Below, piece after piece: positions 1 through 11,562 of a DNA stretch of 64,000 bases. Origin of the DNA: Haliotis rufescens (Eukaryota); assembly GCF_023055435.1 (NCBI RefSeq), contig NW_025963813.1, positions 27,590,001 through 27,654,000 of the forward strand. Direction: 5' to 3'. The position numbers and the translations under genes are program-made. Positions within the stretch are counted from its first letter, which is position 1. Every line of letters starts with the position of its first letter. The notes below the pieces were generated by a model. It saw only the letters and a program-made list of their open reading frames with translations. It was not told where the DNA came from and searched no databases.

Positions 1-1339
1 ACACGTTTAAAACATCGTAAATATTTTACAATATTTGCATATTAGATATCAGTAAACAGAGATTATATATGACACAATAGATTTACTCCGTCTAAACATC
101 ATAGATAGAGGAGCAGCCAGGAATTTTACAATGTCATTAAGAAGTTCAACTGTTCAGCAGGTGCGAGGTGCAGAAAATTACGATAAACTTTAGTTACAGA
201 TTTCCATTCGTTAAATATATATAGATGACATAAATAGAAGAATGAATAGTATTACCAGTATCTAATATGTGAAGGAAGCATTTTATAATTAAATTTAACA
301 ATTCTTCTTTTGAAACATTTTTCCTGACTTAAAAGTAAATGTAAGAACACAATCGCGCGCAAAACAATGTATAATTCTGGTCCACTTTTATATGACTACA
401 TAGCATACAATAAGCTTTCGGATCCCGTATGGATCGGTTTGGGTGGCAGCCTAGATATCAATAGAATTGACACTTGTCTGTCTCTAAGCCCCTGAAACAT
501 ATCATTTTCCCTTTCGCTTAGCCTTTCTATAATACAAAGGCCCTATATGAAGCAAGTTAGATTTTCCCCAGGTTCATCTCTGATTCTCAAATCTCACTGG
601 GGCTCCTCTTCAATTTGAATGGAGTTATTTGGAGTTATATGGAGTTGTATATTTTTAGAGACTAAGCATCAGTCTAAAAAGGCATCACCAGTTTGGAATT
701 GGACATTAATTTGTTTACAATAGCAAAACATTGTCGCCTACATTATAACATTAAGAATATCACTGTATTAAGTGCCATGTGCAAATGAGAAAGTAGACGA
801 ACCTTTATATTATAAATAAACATAGTTTCCTTAATTCCAAGCAATATCGAAAAAATATATATGCATATAAATACACACCAAGATCAGCGTCTACAAAAAA
901 TAAATGATTAAGGTTGATATTAGTTTGCGTATTTGACGATTATATAACTTGTTAAAGTATTAATCGTTTTCCAATACCCGATCAAGTACGTGCCATGAAT
1001 TTAAGCGACATTGTACGATTTCGACCTTATCATGAGAATGTGTTTATGTATCACTGTCAAATAGTGGTGTCACTAAATCCAAAGAAACATTTCGCAATTT
1101 GGACAAGGCATTAAATAATACGCAGAACGATTGAACTCAGCACTTACGCTAAGTGCTACGAGTACAGCGTCAAACTCGGGCCTGTAATCTAACACGCGAG
1201 AACTGACCAATGAAAATCTGAGAAGTAGAAATACCGATAGAAGCTGTTGCTTGATTGACAATGTCAATGTCAATCAAGTGAAGGGGAGCTTGATGATATC
1301 GCTCTCTCTGTCTCTCTCTCTCAGTAACTTCCGATGTAA

Positions 1340-1993
1340 ATAACGCCGTCATTTGGACGGAAACACGATGGTTTGAAAGCGTTCAAAAACGTCGTTTTCC
1401 CGTCCAGTGACCATATACGAAAAAACGACGTTTTCGTGTTTGCAGTGTTATCGTCGTCGAAATGAGCGTTTTACCCCACATTGTGTACGTGAATTCGACA
1501 ATTTCGGTGGCGGTAGTGTCATGGTGTGGGGGACCATATCCTACACCACGAGGTCTGACTTGGTTGTGGTTCAGGGAAATTTGAAAGCAAATCGCTTCAT
1601 GAATCGCAAAATAAAATTCTTCAAACTCACCTTTTACCAATAATTGACCGCCAGAGGGAGCTGTTTCAACAGGACAACACTCCACCGCACACAGCTCGTG
1701 TCACGGTAGACTACCTTCACAATGCCAACATCAACGACTTGCCCTTGCAGTCGAGATCTCCAGATCTCAACCCAATCGAACAGCTCTGGGATGAACTCGA
1801 TCGACGTGTACGTCAACGTCAGAAGACGTCGCAGACACTCCCACAAGGGGTCAACGCGTTACAAGCAGAATGGCGCAGAATTCCGCAGGACAGAATTCCT
1901 ACACTTATCCAGTCAGTGCCGAGGAGATGCAGAGCCGTGATTGCTGCCCGGAGCAGTCACAAGATATACGCGCAACTTTGTGGCCTAATATGA
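1340..1993 (+). mobile_element. Tc1/mariner transposase relic (frameshifted)
   Basis: Motifs spread over frames: GGGSVMVWGTIS, FQQDNTPPHTAR (1663-1698), SRSPDLNPIEQLWDEL, typical of the DD34E domain. Confidence 0.85.
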
Positions 1994-2224
1994 CATGACA
2001 ATGAACAGGTTTCAATGCCTTTGCACAACGACAACATGTGACTATCGAGCTTCAAAATGTCATATTCGTATCTATGATATTAAATTAAATATATCGACTT
2101 TATTAGGCAAAATAAATTTGCTAGAAATGTATGTATATTTTCATTTAGAAATGCTGACACCAAATTGGAGGTGAGGTGAAATTGGGTTTTAGGTCGCGTT
2201 CAAGGTAATTGCACAGTACTAGTA

Positions 2225-2523
2225 CATAGTGACGTGCGTGCGCGCGTGTGTGTGTGTGTGTGTGTGTGCACCTGTCCGGACTAATGCCAGTTTTTTAGAG
2301 CTAGCCCACTAAGAAATGCCCCATTTTAACATGGATACCCCTGTCATACACAATATATTGACTCCGATCCGAGAAGTCCTTGTTTTAGCCCCTTAATGCC
2401 GAGCGCCAGGCAGGGTAACAACAAGTATAATCTTTTATCGCCTTTGGTTTGACGCTTCTGGGGATCGAACTCCTGACCTTTTGCACTCCGGGCACAGGGT
2501 CTACCCACTAGACCACGGAGGCG
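2225..2523 (-). mobile_element. tRNA-derived SINE, family A (MetaSINE-like), ending in a (CA)n tract
   Basis: Minus-strand B box GTTCGATCCC (2461-2470) followed by a ...CCTGGCGCTCGGCATTAAGGGG... core. Related pieces at ~7305-7490 (+), 13265-13420 (+), 28500-28700 (-). The MetaSINE label is from memory of the family. Confidence 0.6.
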
Positions 2524-2949
2524 ATCACATCAAATTGGAGATTGGGTGGCCTGGGTCATCAGGCATAATTCGCTGTACAATTAATCATTTTACCAAGTTG
2601 CCCTAGCGTCATATCAACTCTATCAAGACGTCAAAAGCATAGCTATTTTATTATACATGAAAGCATTCCTAATTTTGGGATATCATTAACATTGTAATTA
2701 TGATCACCGTGGTACCTTGATCTGAGGTTATTTTTTTCCTCAACTTTCACGATCAAACTATCATCCATAAAAGCCTGTGTGTTGATTTCCCCTCCCCCCA
2801 ATCTCATCCGCGTGCTTCTCTCATAAAGTGGCCCTCGTCTCTTTACGTGCCGCCCGAAAGAAATTTGATTACTCTGAGCAAACAGCGGACTACTTTCCAC
2901 TGCGGAATGTGATTGTTGGAAGTGGGTGTAAAGCGATGATGAAAAGGTT

Positions 2950-3102
2950 GTGTTAAAGCGTTTGCTCGTCACGCCGAAGACCCGGGTTCGATTCCCGACA
3001 TGGGTACAATAAGTGAAGCCAATTTCTGGTGTCCCCCGCCGTGATATGGCTGGAATATTGCTAAAAGCGGCGTAAAACCATACTCACTCACGCACTCACT
3101 CA
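2950..3102 (+). mobile_element. tRNA-derived SINE, family B (~160 bp, (ACTC)n tail)
   Basis: GTTAAAGCG..GCTCGTCACGCCGAAGACCCGGGTTCGATTCCC head with B box; tail GCTGGAATATTGCTAAAAGCGGCGTAAAACC-(ACTC)n; at least six further copies in the window. Confidence 0.85.
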
Positions 3103-3134
3103 ATATGTATTAAAATATGGATCGAGTGTCGAAC

Positions 3135-3640
3135 AACAGAACCTATCTACTCTTGATCTGTTTGGGGTGTTGTACAATTGAACCTGTTTACTATTAATCT
3201 ACAAAGGGTGTTGTACACTGGAACCTATTTGCTATTGATCTACACAGAATATATTTGCTATTGATCAATATAATGTGTTGTACTATTGAACATAATTATT
3301 CACTATTGATCTGTATAGGGTAATGTACAATTAAACCAGTTGACTTTTGGTCTATATAAGGTGTTGTACAATTGAACCTATTTGCTATCAATCTATATAG
3401 GGTGTTGTACAATTGAACCTATTTGCTATCAATCTATATAGGGTGTTGTACAATTGAACCTATTTGCTATCAATCTATACATGTTTTTGTACAAGTGAAC
3501 CTATTTACTATTGATTTATACATGTTTTTGTACAATTGAACGTATTTTCTATTGATCTGTATGAGGTGTTGTACAATTGAACCTATTTACTATTAATCTA
3601 TACGTATTTTCTATTGATCTGTATGGAGTGTTGTAATGTT
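3135..3640. repeat. 41-bp minisatellite, about 12 diverged units
   Basis: Unit GTGTTGTACAATTGAACCTATTTGCTATCAATCTATATAGG with period 41 (3361, 3402, 3443). Confidence 0.9.
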
Positions 3641-4877
3641 AAAGGTATTTATTCAACATCTGTTTCTCACTGTAGTGGACAGCATCAAACACACAGCGAT
3701 GAATTAGGATTCCATACACTACACAGAGATCATTTATGTATTTACTTATTTACAATATTCAAAATATATGCCTGCCACATAAGATAGAATAAGTACCTAC
3801 CTTGCCAGTGAAGTCGATCTGGAATATATGTGACGTGACTGTTTCAGCAGCTTGTACATCCAGGAGAATATGACTCATAAGATTTACAAACTGTCATTTC
3901 CTTCATCGTTCGAAATAAAAGCATATCCTATTGCGCGGTAAACATGTCACCGACCCCCTTCTTTTGCACCTCTCGCGCGTTCAAAGTGACTGACGCTCCG
4001 TCATGCGTACCCAGAACCAGTCGCGAAGATACGCAGTCGCTGCCGCTACAAGGGGGTTTATCAGTGTCCGTTGTGTTTGTTTGGTGGAGTTGCATAGGAC
4101 GGAACACTGGGTTATACTGTTATATATGAACGCCTTTGTGTGGTATTCAAAACGACGAATAATATATTACATTTTATGTGATATTGTGAATTGAAAGCGT
4201 TGTATATTCTGTGGATGTTTATTCTACCCAGTCAGTCCCTCTTCCGCACCCCGCTAGTCCACTCCATCAACTGCCCCCCCCCCCCCCCCCCCCCCCCCCT
4301 GGCTTGTGACTCATATTAGGCATGTCAAATATTTGTTTTGAATATGAGAAAGGTACTTTTAAAGTAATTGCCATTAATTCATCAACCATGTGCGTTCGTG
4401 AATACAGTGATTCATCAATAAACCAGATAACTTCAGATTAACGAATAAAAGCTACCAAGTAAACAGGTCAGATACAGAGACTCCAAATTAAATATGTTAA
4501 AAGCGAAACATTCTAATGGCTGTATTACTTCATTAATACACTGGTTAATATTTGAGGTTTATTCGTGAAGTTTGCTTTGATCGAACAAAGTCTTTCCCAA
4601 GCTCACTAAATCATCCTTTGTGCAAACAACATATGCACATACGCTATCCTCCGTTGTTTCTAGAACGTGCATCTCTCCTTTGTCTGCTCTGTCTCCATCC
4701 CTCGTTCAGACTTACTTTCTCTCCTCCCGAGGAAATGGTTGGTCCTGTGGTCTGGAGCACTGAACGTTGCATCACACTTTCATACACATATACACATGGC
4801 TATTGTTGTTAATGTTAATGCCAAATTGAATGGTGAATGTTGGCCTTGGGAGGCCCAACGGTCCATCGTCGTGTTAG

Positions 4878-5186
4878 TTCTCTCTCTCTATCTCCCCCTC
4901 TCCTTCTCTCTTTCTCGCTCTCTCCACTCTATCTCCCCCTCTCTCTCTTTCGCCCTCTCTCTCGCTCTCCCCATTCCCTAACTCCCTTCTCTCTCTCTCC
5001 TCTCACTCTCACTCGCTATTTCAATTATCTATCTCCCTTCTCTCTTTCTCTCTCTATCCTCTCGCTCTCCACCCTCTATATGTCCCTTCTCTCTCTCCCG
5101 CTCTCTTTCCTCTCGCTCTCTTTCGCGCTGTCCACTCTCTCTCCCCTTTAATAGCTCTCTTCTCGCTTTCACATGCTCTCTATCTC

Positions 5187-5228
<42 letters not shown>

Positions 5229-5412
5229 CAAATGACTTAGTTCTCTTCGGTAACATGATCTGTCTCTCTCCACTCTCTATACCCCCTTCTCTCCCCTCTT
5301 TCGCCCTCTCTTTCTCTCTCTATTTCTCTCTCTTTCTCCTCACGCTCTCTCTCTCTTCCCTCTCCACCCTCCATCTCCCTTATATCTCTCTCGCTCTCCT
5401 TACACTCGCTCT
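4878..5412. repeat. Pyrimidine-rich (CT)n low-complexity tract
   Basis: Almost pure C/T on the + strand; an expanded homologue lies at 9962-11234. Confidence 0.95.
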
Positions 5413-5490
5413 AGACGTTATCATTTCGTACGTATGCAGACATGTGTCCTACTTTTTGTTCGGCACAAGACAATCCTATATCGTGACAAG

Positions 5491-5500
5491 GTATATAAGG
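5491..5500 (+). promoter_or_regulatory. Candidate TATA box of sulfatase copy 1
   Basis: GTATATAAG about 75 bp upstream of the ATG; conserved upstream of copy 2 (~11503-11511). Confidence 0.4.
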
Positions 5501-5570
5501 TGGTCTTGTTTGACTGTAACCTTAAACCTGTCACACAATTAAGTCGTCCAACGACAGAAAAGACGCAAAC

Positions 5571-7091
5571 ATGGAGCTTGGAATATATGTCGTCTGCTTC
5601 ATCTCCTGCGTCAGCGCCCGGATGAACGTCTTGTTCCTGGTCGCCGATGACCTGCGTCCAGAGCTGCCCATGTACAATGGCTTCTTCCTTCCATCTCAAG
5701 TTCATCCACTAATCCACGTCCCGAATCTAGAAGGCCTGGCCAGTAAAAGCATGGTCTTCAAGAGGGCATATACCCAGCAGGCTCTATGCTCCCCGAGCCG
5801 TACCTCCCTGCTGACTGGGCGCCGTCCTGACACCACCCACGTGTATGACATTAACACCTACTTTAGAGACTCTGCCGGCAACTTCACGACCATTCCCCAG
5901 TTCTTCAAGAACCACGGCTACCACAGCATTGGAGCTGGTAAAATATTCCACCCGGGCAAGGCTTCAGGAGGAAATGATCCTCTATCGTGGTCTGAGACAT
6001 ATTATGATGACTATCAACCCAGTAATTACGGGTCAAGTTGGGAAGCAGTACCGGATAATCTTTTGGACAGCCACAATGCCCTGCAGGACACGATGCTAGC
6101 CGACCACGCAGTGCAAGTCATTAAGGACATCGCCCAAAAGGCGAACAATGGCGAGAATTTCTTCCTGGCAGTTGGGTTCCACAAGCCCCATTTGCCTTTC
6201 CAATTCCCAGCTCGCTTTCTGGATTATTACCCAGAAGACTCCATCGATCTTCCACCCAACCCACACGCTCCTGACGGCATGCCTAATATTGCCTGGAGTT
6301 CATATAGTGAACTTAGGGAGTACGCTGACATAGCCCGACTGAATGCATCCGGCAACCCAAACACGACCTTGCCTGACCAGGTGGTTAAACAACTACGCAG
6401 AGCCTACTACAGCGCTGTAAGCTTCATGGACTTTGAACTCGGGAGGGTTCTAGATGAACTGGAGAATCAGGGTCTAGCTGACAACACGATAGTGTCATTT
6501 TGTGGCGATCATGGCTGGCAGTTGGGAGAACATGGGGAATGGTGCAAACAGACCAATTTTGACATCGCCACCCACTCGCCTCTTATGATCCGCGTCCCAG
6601 GGATGACGGACCATGGGATGAGCACAACAAAGCTGACAGAGTTTGTAGACCTGTTCCCAACTCTAGTAGAAGCAGCAGGTCTTCCCACACTGCCTACGTG
6701 TCAAGTAGACTCGTCCTCAACTCACGCCTGCACAGAAGGAAGGAGTCTAGTTCCTCTGCTGCAGCACCCAAATCTGCCCTCGTGGAAAACCGCAGCCTTC
6801 TCGCAGTACCCACGAGTGTATAACAACACGTCAGCCATGGGCTACACGATCACCACGGCCAGGTATCGCTACACTGAATGGGTGACGTTCCTCAGCAAGC
6901 CCCACTACATGCCTCAGTGGGACCAGCTTCATGGAGTGGAGCTGTACGACCATCTGGCTGATCCTGAGGAGAATCACAACCTCGCGCACAATGCTGCCCA
7001 ACAAGGACTTCGCAGCCGGTTGAGTGGGCAACTACATGCTGGATGGAGAGCCGAGATGACGGATGGTCATGGCAGACCCATCGTAGGTTGA
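5571..7091 (+). CDS. IDS: Iduronate-2-sulfatase-like formylglycine-dependent sulfatase, intronless, secreted (copy 1, 506 aa)
   Basis: Signal-peptide-like N-terminus; NVLFLVADDLRP, CSPSRTSLLTGRRPD (CxPxR), GKIFH, GFHKPHLP, GDHGWQLGEHGEWCK, ELYD..DP.E..N; uninterrupted ORF; ATTAAA just after the stop. Symbol means IDS-like, orthology not shown. Confidence 0.93.
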   Translation: MELGIYVVCFISCVSARMNVLFLVADDLRPELPMYNGFFLPSQVHPLIHVPNLEGLASKSMVFKRAYTQQALCSPSRTSLLTGRRPDTTHVYDINTYFRDSAGNFTTIPQFFKNHGYHSIGAGKIFHPGKASGGNDPLSWSETYYDDYQPSNYGSSWEAVPDNLLDSHNALQDTMLADHAVQVIKDIAQKANNGENFFLAVGFHKPHLPFQFPARFLDYYPEDSIDLPPNPHAPDGMPNIAWSSYSELREYADIARLNASGNPNTTLPDQVVKQLRRAYYSAVSFMDFELGRVLDELENQGLADNTIVSFCGDHGWQLGEHGEWCKQTNFDIATHSPLMIRVPGMTDHGMSTTKLTEFVDLFPTLVEAAGLPTLPTCQVDSSSTHACTEGRSLVPLLQHPNLPSWKTAAFSQYPRVYNNTSAMGYTITTARYRYTEWVTFLSKPHYMPQWDQLHGVELYDHLADPEENHNLAHNAAQQGLRSRLSGQLHAGWRAEMTDGHGRPIVG

Positions 7092-7212
7092 ACGGTATTG
7101 TATTAAATCTGTTCATTTTAGAAATCACTTATTTTTGACATCACTGACATCGAAAATGTAATTTCGAGCATGGTTATTACAAAACTATCTGAATCTCGAA
7201 TCTCGAATCAGC

Positions 7213-7222
7213 GTGTGTGTGC

Positions 7223-7295
<73 letters not shown>

Positions 7296-7300
7296 TGTGT
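7213..7300. repeat. (GT)n microsatellite
   Basis: About 40 GT units; much shorter and interrupted in unit B (13217-13262). Confidence 0.95.
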
Positions 7301-7548
7301 CCCTGCCACGTCATACCAAAAAACGTTATAATGTGTCTAAATGGGATATCCATGTTAAACTGTGGCATGGTGTCTCAGTGGGCAAGCGCTATAAAACCTG
7401 CATAAGTCCGGACTGGTTCAAGTAGCAACAGACACGTGCATGCACGTCCCTATGTTAGTGTAACACTATTGAACACGACGTTTAACACCACACCTCATTT
7501 ATTACTGCCAGCACCATACCTGTGCTCGTGGATTTCACTCAAGTTATG

Positions 7549-7713
7549 GGGCAGACGGGTAGCCTAGTGGTTAAAGCATTCGCTCGTCACGTCCGGGACC
7601 CGGGTTCGATTCCTGACAAAGGTGCAATGTGTCAACCCCATTTCTGGTGTACCCCGCCGTGGTACTGCTGGAATATTGCTAAAAGCGCGGAAAACCCAAC
7701 TGACTCACTCACT
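7549..7713 (+). mobile_element. SINE family B copy
   Basis: GGGCAGACGGGTAGCCTAGTGGTTAAAGC...GGTTCGATTCC...ACTCACTCAC; duplicated at ~13480-13645. Confidence 0.85.
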
Positions 7714-7915
7714 TAATCAATCAAGTGTTACATGACAAAGACTTGCATCACTTCGGGTCTCCCACATCAAAATGTCACATCATGATATAACTTAACTACT
7801 GTTCAAAGCCCCATCAATCCAAATTCACTCACTCACTTCTTTCAATGGCATCACTCACTCACTCACGCATGTCCTTCTACTACTAATATAGAAAAACTGT
7901 GAAACCAGTTTCAGT

Positions 7916-8059
7916 TATTTATTACTCGAAAGTTACCCAATAATAGACGGTACATGTTGAGTGGTCAATTCATGCCTCCATCCTGCGTGAAGACGATGGC
8001 TGAGCTTGACCACCAGGTCTTTGTGGGCAGGGTCATGAACCAAGTTGATGTTCTCTTGT
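7916..8059 (-). pseudogene. C-terminal fragment of a convergent sulfatase paralogue
   Basis: Encodes QENINLVHDPAHKDLVVKLSHRLHAGWRHEL... and matches 13816-13960. About 0.9 kb present in unit B (13961-14896) is missing here. Confidence 0.8.
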
Positions 8060-8221
8060 GGCGTTGATAAAAGCGTATCTTGTATTTTATGAAACTAATG
8101 TGTGTTTATAACCAAGAATTAGGTTCACTCATTGTACTAATGTGGAGATTCGAACTCGGATCTTGAGCATGACGAGCCAACGATTTAAGCCATAGTAAAA
8201 ACAGAAATAATTTAAGATCGC

Positions 8222-8803
8222 TGCAATCTCATTTAAATAAAATCTTTGTTAACGCTATCGCTAAACAAAGATCTGAGGACATCACGGGTCACGGGTCACG
8301 TCAGGACGATCTTTCATCCGACAAATCAAAGCGTCGCTTATCAGATGAAAGTGACGTTTGGAAAACGTTTTCTTATCATGCAACCTCGAAAACGTGAACA
8401 CCGGGGATTCCGAAGGACAGTAACGGTCCGTACGACTGATTCCTTCAAACATTTGAATAGAGGAGGCGTTGCACAGTACCTGGGATTCACTGCCATACAA
8501 TCTCAACCATATATTTGACATTTCGGAATGTTCGTTTGTTCAGTTTTCCAAATTTTAATTGAAAACTGTGTCAACATATTTTTCAAGCGAAGTGCGAAAT
8601 GCAAGTCGCCAGGTTGAAGCGAGTGCCGTAAAGCTCGAGAAACCTGCTTTCTAATTGGCTGATGTTGACTTCTTGTTTGTCATTTCAGTGGTTGGTCAAA
8701 GTTCGCGAAAGGTCATTCTGACGTGACCCGTAATGGGATGACCTCAGATCTTTGTTAAGTGGCAGCGAGAACTTAGATCTGAATTTCATGAGATTTAGAT
8801 TGC
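8222..8803. mobile_element. MITE-like element with ~80-bp imperfect TIRs
   Basis: Left GCAATCTCA...AACAAAGATCTGAGG...GGGTCACGTCAG is inverted relative to right CTGACGTGACCC...CCTCAGATCTTTGTT...GAGATTTAGATTGC. Copy at 15092-20930 is split by the Harbinger; a TIR fragment lies at 55775-55816. Confidence 0.7.
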
Positions 8804-9769
8804 TGTAATAATTTCTGATCGTTTTATATATCAGTTGTATGGCATAATGAGTCAGCAACTACTAAAGTCAGCACGACGGTCAAGCGGCACGACAACATGG
8901 CGGCGTATCTTGGCCAATGGTTTGCAATATCACAGTCTCTGTGGTCTTGGAAAGTGATAAGATGTACAGTTAAATACAGTATATACTGTCACGCGAGGCT
9001 GGTCTCGTTTCTTGCAGCGTTGGAACCATTATCTATAGGGTATCTGGATCAGGTATAGTTTTTAACAATAATGGTAGACATGTAATAAAGTGTGACTTTG
9101 TTGCGAATATCGACAAATTCAGAGAGAGAAAAATTCCTAACATTCGTAGGAAGTAATGCCCAGGTGAGGAGTCCTGGTGAGGTGGGTGAGTCTCGGAACA
9201 CACCAAGGTCAGGCCTTGAACACAACAAGGACCACAACCTGTTCTCAACTGTATAGTCACACATTTGCGTTTCTTCTTTAGCTTATATGTTGTGACATAC
9301 AAATGTAACATATCGCAAACTGCTCTATGACCACTTTGCCTGAGCGTCCCGGCTTACTTCAGTTATATCACTGCACCCTGTCTAAGGGACGTAACTCAGC
9401 ACATCGAATATAAATTACCATTTTGTCTATGCTTCTATTTTGCAATGTAAAAGTACTACATACGGAAAGAAAAGATGCTTATGAACAGTATTAAGGTGTT
9501 TGGAATTTCTAGGATATATTTAAATTATAATGTCAACAATTTAAGGCTTGTCACCTTCTTATCTCTACCACAAAAGAACAGGTACATTCAAAATACCCTA
9601 CACTTACCCTCTAACATTTCAACCTTGATGCACGGTGTTGTTTGCAATTAGGCATGCAAAGCTCCTGCATCCATGGTCAAGTTCATGGTTTACTACAGCA
9701 GTAAGATATAGTGTTCTATTGCTGTAATCTATATTGCAAGTTTAGCAGTTCGAGTGAACAAGGTTTGGG

Positions 9770-9908
9770 AGTGAGTAACTTTTAGCAATATTCCAGCAAG
9801 ATTCATGACCGTGGACACCAGAAAAGGGCTCCACACAGTGTACTGTGGGAAATCGAACCAGGGTTTTTAGTATGACGAGCGTACGCTTTAACCACTAGGC
9901 TACCCCCT
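9770..9908 (-). mobile_element. SINE family B copy (duplicate at ~21890-22050)
   Basis: Reverse complement of head GGTAGCCTAGTGGTTAAAGCG...GGTTCGATTTCC and of the GCTGGAATATTGCTAAAAG tail. Confidence 0.8.
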
Positions 9909-10914
9909 TTTTGACTGTTAAAATACCCATGACCACATTGTGAAACCAAATGTCGTGTTAGTTTTCTCTCTCTATCTCCCCCTCTCCTTCTCTCTCTCTC
10001 CACTCTCTCTCCCCCTCTCTCTCTATCACCCTCTCTCTCGCTCTCCCCATTCCCTAACTCCCTTCTCTCTCTCGCTCTCTCTCCTCTCACTCTCACTCGC
10101 TATTTCAATTATCTATCTCCCTTCTCTTTCTCTCTCACACACCTCTCGCCCTCTCTTGCTCTCCACCCTATATCTCCCTTTTCTCTCTCTCCACACACAC
10201 ACTCTCTCTCGCTCTCTCCACTCTCTCTCCCCCTCTCTCTCTATCTCCCCCCTCTCCTTCTCTCTTTCTCGCTCTCTCCACTCTCTCTCCCCCTCTCTCT
10301 CTATCACCCTCTCTCTCGCCCTCCCCATTCCCTAACTCCCTTCTCTCTCTCGCTCTCTCTCCTCTCACTCTCACTCGCTATTTCAATTATCTATCTCCCT
10401 TCTCTTTCTCTCTCACACACCTCTCGCCCTCTCTCGCTCTCCACCCTATATCTCCCTTTTCTCTCTCTCCACACACACACTCTCTCTCGCTCTCTCCACT
10501 CTCTTTCTCCAAATCTCTCTCTTTCTCTCTCCCCTCTCTCTCACTCTCACTTTATCTCCTTCATTCTCTATCGCTCTCTCTCGCTCTCCTCATTCTCTAA
10601 CTCCCTTCTCTCCCTCGCTCTCTCTCCTCTCACTCTCTCTCGCACTATTTCCATTCTCTATCTCCCTTCTCTCTTTCTCTCTCTCCTCTCGCTCTCTCGC
10701 TCTCCACCCTCTATATGTCCCTTCTCTCTCTCCCGCTATTTCCATTCTCTATCTCCCTTCTCTCTTTCTCTCTCTCTCCTCTCGCTGACTCGCTCTCCAC
10801 CCTCTATATGTCCCTTCTCTCTCTCCAGCTCTATTTCCTCTCGCTCTCTTTCGCGCTGTCCACTCTGTCTCCCCTTCAATAGCTCTCTTCTCGCTTTCAC
10901 ACGCTCTCTATCTC

Positions 10915-10948
<34 letters not shown>

Positions 10949-11192
10949 CAAATGACTTAGTTCTCTTCGGTAACAGGATCTGTCTCTCTCCCTTCTCTCT
11001 CTCCACTCTCTATCCCCTTCTCTCCCCTCTTTCGCCCTCTCTTTCTCTCTCTATTTCTCTCTCTTTCTCCTCACGCTCTCTCTCTCTACCTCTCCACCCT
11101 CCATCTCCCTTATATCTCTCTCGCTCTCCTTCCACTCGCTCTATTTCGCGCTCTCCACTCTTTCAGCCCCTTTTATCTGTTCCTTCTCGCTC

Positions 11193-11238
<46 letters not shown>

Positions 11239-11562
11239 GACTTCTTGGTTGGGAGCATTTGAAGCGAACTATATAAAACAATCAGTCAATTATCATTGCA
11301 AAACAATAATATATTTTAGTTTGAGCTCATCAAAGTTAGTCAAATAAGATAATATCTGAGGAATCAAACATATTCTAAATAATCTCCTAACCTAATAACT
11401 GACTTAAATGACCTTATAACTGAAGACGTTATCATTTCGTACGTATGCAGACATGTGTCCTACGTTTTTGTTCGGCACAAGACAATCCTATATCGTGACA
11501 AGGTATATAAGATGGTCTTGTTTGACTGAAACACAAGTTGTAACGACAGAAAAGACGCAAAC

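Larger units (their letters stand above)
4868..9952. repeat. Tandem segmental duplication, unit A (~5.1 kb)
   Basis: Starts TCGTGTTAGTT(C/T)TCTCTCTCTATCTCCCCC, repeated at 9953. Colinear content with unit B: CT tract, sulfatase, SINEs, MITE. Confidence 0.9.

Noticed and set aside
3135-3640. 41-bp repeat array as a CRISPR
   Set aside because: Units are contiguous with no unique spacers, there are no cas genes, and the context is eukaryotic.
4274-4299. Poly(C) run
   Set aside because: Simple homopolymer with no supporting context.
4667-5542. (RE)n and (SL)n ORFs, also at 9803-10951
   Set aside because: Translations of CT tracts.
9033-9311. ORF conserved at 21160-21438
   Set aside because: Conservation is explained by the recent segmental duplication; no protein motif.
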